A stretch of 60,589 nt of DNA from a virus (Duplodnaviria > Caudoviricetes): IMG/VR virus record IMGVR_UViG_3300014208_000008, positions 1 to 60,589 of that record, one strand, 5' to 3'. Each line of letters starts with the position of its first letter. Position 1 is the stretch's first letter. The notes under the pieces are model-generated. The model was not told the DNA's origin, ran no database searches, and saw only the letters and a program-made list of their open reading frames with translations. Positions 21,301 through 28,947 of the stretch are shown here, in pieces. The position numbers and the translations under genes were made by a program.

Positions 21301-24300
21301 CAGTTATCAAGTAAAATAGATTTAAAACTACAAGACGGAACAAATGTCTTAGATACTGCTAGAACTTACTATGGTAAGAATACAGCAAAAAAGATACTTA
21401 ATGTAAAGTCTATAGGAGAGAAAAATTCAGGATGGAAGTTATCAGATATTAAAAAGGAGATAGAAGGGTATAAGGATAGATTACTAGGTAAGCCGGATTT
21501 GGAACATGACGTAGGGTTGCTTTTAGATGCTATAGATAACGGCGAAGTAGAACTACAAAAAGGCAAACTCTACCTGGTAGAACTAGCCCCCACGCAAGAC
21601 GAATACCTTGACTGGGACAAGCCGCTGAGTGAACAGAGTGAGTTGGTTAAAGAAATTGTAGGAAACATAAATAATGATAATGGAATTGTATCTGTAAAAA
21701 TTAACGGTGAAAAAGTAATTTTAGCAGAATATAGCAGTAATGATGGTGCTGATTGGTTTATTAATCGCTTAGAAAAAGGTGATGAAGCTTTTGGCGAGGT
21801 TTTGTACAGAGCAATCTCAAAAACATGGAGTCCAAATGGCGTTGGCGGTCTCGGAGCGTCAATGGGAAAATGGGCAGAACAAAAAGCATCAGAGGAATTA
21901 CATTCACTAGGCATACGCGGCATACGCTACAAAGCCGAACAAGGAAAATCATCAGCCAACAACTATGTAATATTTTCCGACGAAGATATTTCAATTACTA
22001 ACAAATACAGCATTAACGCATGGCATGGCGGCGCGGATTTTAACCAATTCAACCTTGATTTTGTAGGTACAGGGCGAGGTACTTCACACTTCGGTTACGG
22101 CTTTAATTTCTCTGACTTGAAGGAACTGGCAAGGGATTACGTAGGCCGGTTAGGTAAACTCTACAATGTAGACATAGCGCCTAATAAATCAGACCTGCTT
22201 GATTTTGATAAGCCAGTATCGCTTCAAAGCGAGAAAGTACGCACTGTATTAGAGGCCAATGGACTTGCTACCGATAACAGAAACGGTAATCGCATTTACA
22301 AGGACTTGGTTGCTAAGTATGGCTCAGATAAAGAAGCGTCTACATATCTATTAAACTTAGGCATAAAAGGCACAATGCACAAGTTGCCTGGACAGACTGC
22401 TTACAACTATGTAGCTTTCTCTGATAAAGACGTATCAATCCTACAGAAGTTCGCTACTGGAACTATGGGTGCAGAAGGGCTATATGATTCTAAAACAGAT
22501 ACACTTTATTTGTTTGCCGATAACCTGAATAATAACAATTTCAATTCTGTACTATCTCATGAATTATTCCACAGAAGTTTAGCCACAGACAAAAAAACCA
22601 AATCCGCTTATGATAAGTTCTTAGGTGAGTTACAGGCGCGTTTTAACCTTGCAGCCAGAGGATTAGGTTCAAAGATTGAAAACGCAGCATACAAGCGTGT
22701 TATAAAAGCCAAAACTAAACTTGTTAACCAGCAAGAAGAATTTGCGGCTTACATAATATCAGAATGGCAACGCGCACCGAAAACACTTTCAGCAAAGATT
22801 ATAAAAGCCATTAAGAATTTTGTTGGCGCTATCCGTATGGCATTATTGAGAGCAGGTTTAGACTTCGGAACTATAGGTAAATTACACCCAAGTGATTTAT
22901 TGGCAATGGCTGGCTATGGCGCACAGAGTAATGTGAATATTGGAGCTTCATTTAACAGTGAGGCTACAGTAATGGCATCGGCAAAAGATCAGGGTTATGA
23001 AGGAAATAATAAAGGAGAGGCATTTGAATGGCTCAGGGCTAAGGCTAAGGGGTTGGATATGTCTCAAGAAGCAAGGATGGCTAGAGCTAAGATGATGGGG
23101 TTTGATGTAAATAAAAAATGGTTTCATGGAGGAGATTTTGATATTGATGAGTTTAATAACAATACGTATCGAGGCAATTTAGGTTCTGTATATTTAACAG
23201 ACAATGCCGAGGTTGTAGCTAGTTCTTATGCTCTATATGGTGCTGTTGAAACAAGATTTGGATTAAAAGTAACAGATCAAGAAGATATAATTGATCTTGG
23301 TAATGAAGCTCTTGATAAGTTTAACAGAAGCGCTACAGTTTATCCTTTATATGTTAAAGCAAACAATAAGCTAGATGTTGAGCGCATAAGTGGCTCAGAC
23401 ATCATTAAGACATTTGGTAAAGATGCTGTTTATGAAATAGTTAAATATGATTCAGCAATGAGTGAATATGGAGATCCAGATGAACTATCCGCTGATGATT
23501 TTTCAGAAAAAGAATTAGCCAATTTTATAGATGATGAATATATAGATGAAAACGTAAGGGATTTAATTGAATACGATGGCGCTTCGTTAGAAGAAGCATC
23601 AAGCGGATTTAGATTTTTAGTTGTAGCCGATAAATTAAATGAGTATATGGATGCTCATAAATATGATTCTGTTTTAATAAATGATGATCCAGAAAGCGGA
23701 GGTAATACATTAGTTATTAGACAACCCAACCAAATCCGATCAATCCATGCCGCCTTTGACCCAGACTTTGCCGATAGCGGAAATCTGTTAGCAAGCGCAC
23801 CAACAGAACGATTCTACTCAGCCCTGCACCGTGCGATACTTGGCGACAAGATACCCAAACGCGCGTTTGATTCCGCCAAGAGCTTACAGCAATGGCTGAA
23901 TAATACCGATAACGTAGGCAAGATCGGCGTGAAACCGGATGAGATTTTTTGGTCAGGCATTAATGACTTCCTGGACATCAAATCCGATGCCAAAGAGAAA
24001 GTCACCCGCGAAGAACTGGATGCGTTTATGCGCGAATCAGGTACGGTGCGAGTTGTTGATATTGTGTTGGATGATAAAAAATTACCTGATGATTTTTATA
24101 AAATACAACGTATAGCAGACGATAATTATTTTGTTAAAAATAAGCAAGGTAATATTTTTTCGTTTAGAACTGAAACAGAAGCTAATAGATGGATTGATGA
24201 ACAACTAATTAATAGAACAAAATACGCAAACAGCAACTACGTAGTCCCCGGCGGCAAGAACGCCAGAGAGATTGTGGTGACTATTCCCACGGTTGATGCC

Positions 24301-27300
24301 TACAACGCTTCTGATTCTACTCATTATGGCGACATTGGCACACTGGCAGGCAAGCCAGAATTAAACGGCAAACAGACAATGTGGATGCGCCTTGACGATA
24401 GAACCGACGCCGATGGTAATGAAGGGATATTCATGAACGAAGGGCAGTCACAACGCGCTCAACATGGGAAAACTAAGGGGTTTCAAAATAAGTATAAATT
24501 AGAAAATCTTGAAATTAGGAAGGAGTATTTTGACAAAGCAAACCCTAACAATTATGGTTATACGGTATTTGATAAGATGTCTAATAAATCAGTTTCTCAA
24601 TCTTTTTTTAATGAGAAGGATGCAGAGAGTCATTTATCGAGTATCGCTAATAAATACTTAGGGATAGGGCCTGCTCCCGCTCCTTTCATCACTGACAGAA
24701 ATAACAAAGCATCCACAACCTATATCACACTATTGCTCAAGAAAGCCGTTTCGCTTGCGATAGACGAAGGCAAGGGCTTTGTGGCGTGGACTACTGGAAG
24801 TCAGCAAGCTGGATTTTATGATTTAAGCAAGCAGATAAGACGTGTTGAATGGTTGCCACAAACAAACACCTTACGTGCATTTGATTTGAATGGTGCGTCA
24901 GTAATTGACCAAGTTACTGAAGAAAATAAAATTGAAGATTATGTAGGGAAAGAAGTTGCAAAAAAATTGCTTGAGTCTGCCCCTACAATAACAGGCGGCG
25001 GTAAAAAAATTCATAGTGTTGAAGGCGATGGTTTAAAAATAGAAGCTCCTTGGACACAAGCTATGTATGGTTCAGAAAACGGCCTAGACGCACAAGGAAA
25101 GCCATCACTATTCACCCAAGCTGCCAATGACATTGCCAAAAAATTTGGCGGCAAGGTGGGTAGTGTTGAGATTAATACCCGCGACAAGCAACCCATAGAT
25201 TCTAGCACATTAGAGATAACTGAAGAAAATGGTAAGTTTTACGTTACCGATAGCACAACTACAGATAAATTTTCAGATGAATTTAATACCTATGAGGAGG
25301 CCAAACATGCAATGTACAGCACATATGGACTGGGGAATTTAAAACAACCCGCCCTAATCATAACACCCTCTATGGCGGCCAAAATACGCGATGAAGGTTT
25401 CCCCCTTTTTAGTAAAACCAATATGAGCAACACCTCACAATGGTCTGGTGGCGATACCATTACCATTGACGGCAAGGAACGGCCAACACGGAATTCCAAC
25501 GGACAACTGATAGCGCAGACTGAGGAAGGGTTAATGAACTTCTGGAAGTGGTTTGATGATTCAATAGTTGTCGATGAAAAAGGAAGGCCATTGGTTGTTT
25601 ATCATGGAACAGATAAAGATTTCACTGAATTTGATTATGATAAACTTGGAGAGTCAACATTAGGCAATGCGTCCACAGATGGGTTAGCAGCCACATCATT
25701 ATTAGGATACTGGTTTAATAGTGAGCCTATGGTTGGTAAAAAACATTCTCCATACTCAAAAGATATGCCTGTTTATCTGAAAATAAGTGAGCCAATTAAT
25801 GAAGAAAAAGTTAGTTATATTGCTGATACGTTAGAGGGATATTTGCATGATGACTTAGAAGAACATTACGACAATGATTTATATAATTATTTAAAGGATG
25901 CAGTTGATTCATATAAAGAAAGTAATTGGGGTTCTGATGGAATAATAATAAAAAAAGATGAGGAATTTGGAGGTAAGAGTTTTATAGCCTTCGAATCTAA
26001 TCAAATTAAATCTATCGATAATATCGGTGACTTCAACCCCGACAACAACGACATCCGCTACAGCATAGCCAGTGAAGAAGAAAACCTACCTTATGAAACA
26101 GGAGTAGATAAATTCCAAAGGCAATTTCAAGACAAGATGATTCGCTTTAAAGTGATTCAGCAAGCCAAAGAAATAGAATCAGCTAAGGATGAAGGCTATA
26201 CAGGTAATGATATACACGAAGCCAGAGCTTACATGAAAGCGCATGGCATTGTTAATCCTATTCGTGATGATACCGACGTTTATCAAGCTGAATCATTACG
26301 TTCTGGTATAGCAACAGAGTTAATAAAGGATTTTGAAGAAACTGTTTTACAACCATTGGTTAAAGAAACTGTTGATTCTAAATTAAAAATGGATGATATT
26401 TCAGACTTCCTTAAAATGCAGCATGTTGAAGAAGCTAATGCCAGGATACGTAAGATTAAACCTAATCAAGACAATCCTACAGCATACGGCATTACAGATG
26501 AAGAAGCACAAGCATATCTTGATGAAGTAAAAGATAGAGACGACTACCAAGAACTTAAGCGTATTGCCGAAAAATGGCGTGGATTAACAGACGATATTCT
26601 TAATATGAAGGTATCTAACGGTATTATCCCACAAGAACAAGCTGATGCTTACCGAGCTACATTCAATCTTTATGTTCCAGTAAAAGGCGCAGAAGAAACG
26701 CCACAAGGAACAGGTAGAGGTTTATCTGTTTACAACAATAATAAACGTAGGTTAGGACATAGCTTACGTGAGGAGCGCATTGTTGAAAACATTATCAAGG
26801 ATTACGAATCAACTATTAACCTGATTGAAAAGAACAAGGTTGCCATAATTGCTGGTAACTTCATTAAAGAAATAGATGATAACTCAATAGGAACCATAGG
26901 TAAGCCAGTTCGTAGGCAGGTATTTATGCCTGGGGCAGTTCATTACATGGTTGAATATCATGGTTCTGATGTACAGGCTTTTGATAACTTACATGACGCA
27001 CAACAGTTTGTTAATGATGAATCTTTGAAAGTTGGAAGGAATAAGAGAGACTTTTATATTGACCATACTCATGATGATGGCCGTGTTATTCTTCAAGTAA
27101 AGCCTTTATTGGATGACCATGAATTTCAGTATTATGAAGATGGGAAAGCGATACGTGGACAATGGAATGATGAATTATTAGCAAGAGCATTTAAGAATCT
27201 AGGTATTGAACCTATTAATAAATTACTGGAAGGCGCAAGAGAATTTAATACCTTCCTATCTAAAGCTTATACCGGTTGGAGTCCTACATTCTTAATTAAG

Positions 27301-28947
27301 AACCCTATTAGAGATGCAATACAAGGCGCTATAACTTTGACAAGCAAATTAGGCATTAAAGAAACAGGTAAGATATTTGCCGCTTATCCTCATGCCATGA
27401 AAGAGCTTTATAATCACTTCAAGAATCATGGTTCATCAAATGAGGTTAATCTTTATCGTGGTAGTGGTGGCAGCACAGGAGCCGCTTATATTTCAGATAC
27501 GGATAGAATCGGTAATGACATTATGGATTCTTACAATGAATATGCCGGAGCTGTAGACACATATAATAGAACTTATGAACAAGCTATTGCTAATGGTGAC
27601 AGTGAAAATAAGGCCAAATTAAAAGCCGCAATGAAAGCAGGTAAAGCTGGATTCAGAGAAACTCCGGTATTAGGCCATTTCATTAACTTCATGGAGAAGG
27701 CAAATTCTATTACTGAAAATGCACTTAGACTGGCTACATTCAATACTTTGATAGCTGAAAGAGAAAATGGTAAACGAGTTTACACCAATGCTCAAGCAGC
27801 ATTAATGGCTAAAGACTTGATGAACTTTAACCGCAAAGGAGAGCTAACTACTCAGCTTGGCGCATTATATTTATTCTTTAATCCGAACGCACAAGGAACG
27901 CACGTCCTATTATCAGCATTAGGCAACTCGCAGTATAAAAATGAAGCACGTGTACTAACTGGAACCATTGTCCTAGCGGCATATTTAGCTGCAGAAGCAA
28001 TGAGAGGTGGTGATGATGAAGATAAATGGAAACGCATACCAGCTAATCTAAAAGACAGGAACCTTATTTTTGGTGTTGGCGATACTAAGTTCATGCTGCC
28101 TGTGCCTTATGGATATGGTATTTTCCATTCATTGGGTAATGCTATATCTGATGTGGCACATGGACAAAGTGGTTGGAAATCAGGAATAAGATTAGTTGCT
28201 TCAATGTTTGATAACTTTTCACCATTCGGCAATCCTATAGATAGTGAGCATGGAGCATTTCAACTATTGCCTACAATACCTAAAATGGCAATGGCTACCA
28301 GCGTAAATGAAAATAACTTTGGTTCACCAATCATGCCTGATAAATGGAACGCTTCTAAGCCTGATAGCCAGACAATGTGGCGTAATACTAAAGGCACAGT
28401 TTACGATGATGTAACTCAACTTATGAACAATCTAAGCGGTGGTAGCAAGTATAAAGCAGGGATTATTGATGTTAGCCCTGAATCACTAAGGTTCTGGGTA
28501 AGTTCATTGACTGGTGGCACTGGGCAGTTTGCATTAGATTCAATTAATCTTGGCGCAACCACGTTACAAGGAGCGACACCAGACTTAAAAGAAATACCGA
28601 TAGTTAAAGCCTTCACTCATGAAATAGGTGTACAAGATGCAAGACAGGCATTTTGGACAGCAGCAGATGAAGCCAAGACAGCAGCAGACGAGTTTTCAGC
28701 AGCCAAAAAAGCTGGTGATAGATACGCTATGATGGATATTAAAAAGAGTGATGGCACTTTAATAGCGTTGTCGAAGTTTGCAGTTAAACAGCAGAAGATG
28801 ATTAAAACCTTACGTGATGCTCAGGATTTGATTAGAACGAGTAATCTATCATTATCTGCAAAGAAGGCTAAACTTAAAGCTTTAGAGAGAAAAGAAATAG
28901 CAGTTTATGATAAATTTTTACACAGTTTTTATAAGGAAAATTACTAA
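15334..28947 (+). CDS. Large polyvalent virion or ejection protein: SLT-like lysozyme, four ART-like modules, HExxH metallopeptidase, LPD38-like C-terminus
   Basis: SLT-like 'MVEAGG..AVGPMQII' (~16660-17050). HG modules at ~21170 (WHGS), ~22020 (WHGG), ~23120 (FHGG) and ~25600 (YHGT). HELFH at 22558. C-terminal 'NFNRKG..LYLFFN..LPVPYG'. Confidence 0.8.
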   Translation: MAITLKQYKDSDPAFANIPIDEFFNYMHQEYYSHVPEEEFAKAVDYVPPKPVVPEKEDFVRGFKEPFKQLPQQGYGLLAGAGAAAENTFGEGGYSTGLKKYAVDKYIDETNKLALDSKESDSLTFSLDKAKQGDYGSLVDWVQHGLGYGTGQLVELLATRGIGSAAARLGTPLVAKELTEKMVASQVAKLAAEEATKNLGQAELRKMAVANVGARLAQIGGNAAMVGSSIGMEGSEIMGGLTQKEQETGKPLTGSDIAKGFAWSVASGLTDFVGDKFGLDVVTGKSPLFKLAGQATGVKGMVSRGLLTGAIAAPAEGGQEYVQTLMEEQGKGNDPFSAQSLRQAFDASGMGAIAGGGAGIIGGVLSKPVTPPQAVLNSGSVDEAISNAQATVASPSVTVPMPVTDIQETQDAAGNRSNAERNITVTSPSGLAETSNTGAIGYDEIFNQAAVNHAIPVEILKAFNMVEAGGRLTDNGKTIRPLDKNGNKLSNAVGPMQIIGHYFPQFDADKLANDPQYNVNAAAQILQGYYANTPEKLSDIQRWRLVARKYFGSTDMAKNTEYANKIIAAIGKDSGYKDVLYQGQTLEQPEVTLSETITTNEETNQETGQEGLLSSPANFDYLSSEGIPLKKIGNVFKDYLGDEVIPDGYEKKANQSEVAQAIDELIARNNEEKQAETQTQEAEIGSDLSSSITGRGLTGTNDGGISTIPDRLPESDKSTIEPNVSNTISGLDALADKEIKQPWEMRHNEWNKSNIRDLTNEEVSNLTDVFKSGTADLNYGKLGNKTVYQSTDESGNAIGQWQELSKTGRKLLSTNEHKEQVKQALANGLPVPANVLSDYPELQAQYAPTPTSKESLQVQSSNGQATPPIQEIVPSAVTKDLTKITKVHAKVNSKGQNKLVDSGTGYEVFPDKEFKNITAERLYFKAEKAKQVAAYIPEQTSVKPYHPAIQSLADDLTIGGGIAYIFDANDNIKDRTSSVNPYWYKDGAFVVLNTKGNPDNISVKMVKDAVTAHVNKSKLTGKQERILRALSDTAESLEEAGKRGIPDDFTHEQKLVAIEVEKKIEDGEIDVEQLDGLAYELLGDTEEFTGQEAINALDDYFGVSNERETTTKGAGLLEEEALSSYTEDELQRKDAEDKRRKKSEQEAELKAKQKASADREIDTLADEMLGNFDSGDVFDVRKESDRPMGETVGMTQGSVMSTSTIKKGEEGNKLTKEQRKQVLKTLVDVYKSKGADKETRINSNGDEYTAFPHQPELFEKSDITGAMVRFYVTMPDGKIAHPTELFPDVTQSKIDAILAEQKHDEEIVKSEVKRITDKQFDSVRDAGIYWDEQSDKQLAKDGGKIRSIPWSLERTAYEKDGKIIMPYDGLLTGNPKIADELKAQGWNKYSHQSEQPKPVDKQPAATDKQKRDDTLKFSKAVPDNTLAIVHNLSLDNLIHADKMGGIAAPSLAVTDKSHPLEGFGEITLIGNKDTLGPQASAKNRYFNADVYSPRYPNVKYVISEKDFRNFIDSLSDNAKKLNAQVNRLSKSDIEDRGLIKGLEYDLVMQYEFLQSQGKAPAFKYKPKTKLPTAFNKFIAKASDFYFSREEDFRKAAVEEYNKTHIEFNKKFGNDEITDINSSEAYNIARNAGELVKKAYKEKTEGSSIDTYDLDKKVRSKINNQAYKKWLSDNYSNLISDEKIFNGYTYSGTRKYLPHNLDTVVRLLTKELRGGEGFNYGVPSIRAHVAKQFKTIKSIQDSRNDLVTKEQMEKLKEEVNAEFESISEELSQYRNENAGYSDQSSEALAGLASKGYREFKEYYTDVPTETMQKVVEFLDKLKHMPSEYFEAKIGRAVGINEFDGALVPIGKEYDSAIAILKKHGITEIKRYKANDNASRSAALKSFTDLLFSKATAQQPGITIAEAKAKLPKNVKPMLTNGKLKVLHNIGEVAQDVLNRGEVLYHAAWHGSPHEHNKFDSSKIGTGEGAQAFGYGHYFTDAKSIAEYYRDQLSSKIDLKLQDGTNVLDTARTYYGKNTAKKILNVKSIGEKNSGWKLSDIKKEIEGYKDRLLGKPDLEHDVGLLLDAIDNGEVELQKGKLYLVELAPTQDEYLDWDKPLSEQSELVKEIVGNINNDNGIVSVKINGEKVILAEYSSNDGADWFINRLEKGDEAFGEVLYRAISKTWSPNGVGGLGASMGKWAEQKASEELHSLGIRGIRYKAEQGKSSANNYVIFSDEDISITNKYSINAWHGGADFNQFNLDFVGTGRGTSHFGYGFNFSDLKELARDYVGRLGKLYNVDIAPNKSDLLDFDKPVSLQSEKVRTVLEANGLATDNRNGNRIYKDLVAKYGSDKEASTYLLNLGIKGTMHKLPGQTAYNYVAFSDKDVSILQKFATGTMGAEGLYDSKTDTLYLFADNLNNNNFNSVLSHELFHRSLATDKKTKSAYDKFLGELQARFNLAARGLGSKIENAAYKRVIKAKTKLVNQQEEFAAYIISEWQRAPKTLSAKIIKAIKNFVGAIRMALLRAGLDFGTIGKLHPSDLLAMAGYGAQSNVNIGASFNSEATVMASAKDQGYEGNNKGEAFEWLRAKAKGLDMSQEARMARAKMMGFDVNKKWFHGGDFDIDEFNNNTYRGNLGSVYLTDNAEVVASSYALYGAVETRFGLKVTDQEDIIDLGNEALDKFNRSATVYPLYVKANNKLDVERISGSDIIKTFGKDAVYEIVKYDSAMSEYGDPDELSADDFSEKELANFIDDEYIDENVRDLIEYDGASLEEASSGFRFLVVADKLNEYMDAHKYDSVLINDDPESGGNTLVIRQPNQIRSIHAAFDPDFADSGNLLASAPTERFYSALHRAILGDKIPKRAFDSAKSLQQWLNNTDNVGKIGVKPDEIFWSGINDFLDIKSDAKEKVTREELDAFMRESGTVRVVDIVLDDKKLPDDFYKIQRIADDNYFVKNKQGNIFSFRTETEANRWIDEQLINRTKYANSNYVVPGGKNAREIVVTIPTVDAYNASDSTHYGDIGTLAGKPELNGKQTMWMRLDDRTDADGNEGIFMNEGQSQRAQHGKTKGFQNKYKLENLEIRKEYFDKANPNNYGYTVFDKMSNKSVSQSFFNEKDAESHLSSIANKYLGIGPAPAPFITDRNNKASTTYITLLLKKAVSLAIDEGKGFVAWTTGSQQAGFYDLSKQIRRVEWLPQTNTLRAFDLNGASVIDQVTEENKIEDYVGKEVAKKLLESAPTITGGGKKIHSVEGDGLKIEAPWTQAMYGSENGLDAQGKPSLFTQAANDIAKKFGGKVGSVEINTRDKQPIDSSTLEITEENGKFYVTDSTTTDKFSDEFNTYEEAKHAMYSTYGLGNLKQPALIITPSMAAKIRDEGFPLFSKTNMSNTSQWSGGDTITIDGKERPTRNSNGQLIAQTEEGLMNFWKWFDDSIVVDEKGRPLVVYHGTDKDFTEFDYDKLGESTLGNASTDGLAATSLLGYWFNSEPMVGKKHSPYSKDMPVYLKISEPINEEKVSYIADTLEGYLHDDLEEHYDNDLYNYLKDAVDSYKESNWGSDGIIIKKDEEFGGKSFIAFESNQIKSIDNIGDFNPDNNDIRYSIASEEENLPYETGVDKFQRQFQDKMIRFKVIQQAKEIESAKDEGYTGNDIHEARAYMKAHGIVNPIRDDTDVYQAESLRSGIATELIKDFEETVLQPLVKETVDSKLKMDDISDFLKMQHVEEANARIRKIKPNQDNPTAYGITDEEAQAYLDEVKDRDDYQELKRIAEKWRGLTDDILNMKVSNGIIPQEQADAYRATFNLYVPVKGAEETPQGTGRGLSVYNNNKRRLGHSLREERIVENIIKDYESTINLIEKNKVAIIAGNFIKEIDDNSIGTIGKPVRRQVFMPGAVHYMVEYHGSDVQAFDNLHDAQQFVNDESLKVGRNKRDFYIDHTHDDGRVILQVKPLLDDHEFQYYEDGKAIRGQWNDELLARAFKNLGIEPINKLLEGAREFNTFLSKAYTGWSPTFLIKNPIRDAIQGAITLTSKLGIKETGKIFAAYPHAMKELYNHFKNHGSSNEVNLYRGSGGSTGAAYISDTDRIGNDIMDSYNEYAGAVDTYNRTYEQAIANGDSENKAKLKAAMKAGKAGFRETPVLGHFINFMEKANSITENALRLATFNTLIAERENGKRVYTNAQAALMAKDLMNFNRKGELTTQLGALYLFFNPNAQGTHVLLSALGNSQYKNEARVLTGTIVLAAYLAAEAMRGGDDEDKWKRIPANLKDRNLIFGVGDTKFMLPVPYGYGIFHSLGNAISDVAHGQSGWKSGIRLVASMFDNFSPFGNPIDSEHGAFQLLPTIPKMAMATSVNENNFGSPIMPDKWNASKPDSQTMWRNTKGTVYDDVTQLMNNLSGGSKYKAGIIDVSPESLRFWVSSLTGGTGQFALDSINLGATTLQGATPDLKEIPIVKAFTHEIGVQDARQAFWTAADEAKTAADEFSAAKKAGDRYAMMDIKKSDGTLIALSKFAVKQQKMIKTLRDAQDLIRTSNLSLSAKKAKLKALERKEIAVYDKFLHSFYKENY

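Noticed and set aside
15377-28616. Many 60-200 aa antisense or out-of-frame ORFs inside the giant gene and other long genes
   Set aside because: They are shadow ORFs with no RBS or recognisable motifs.
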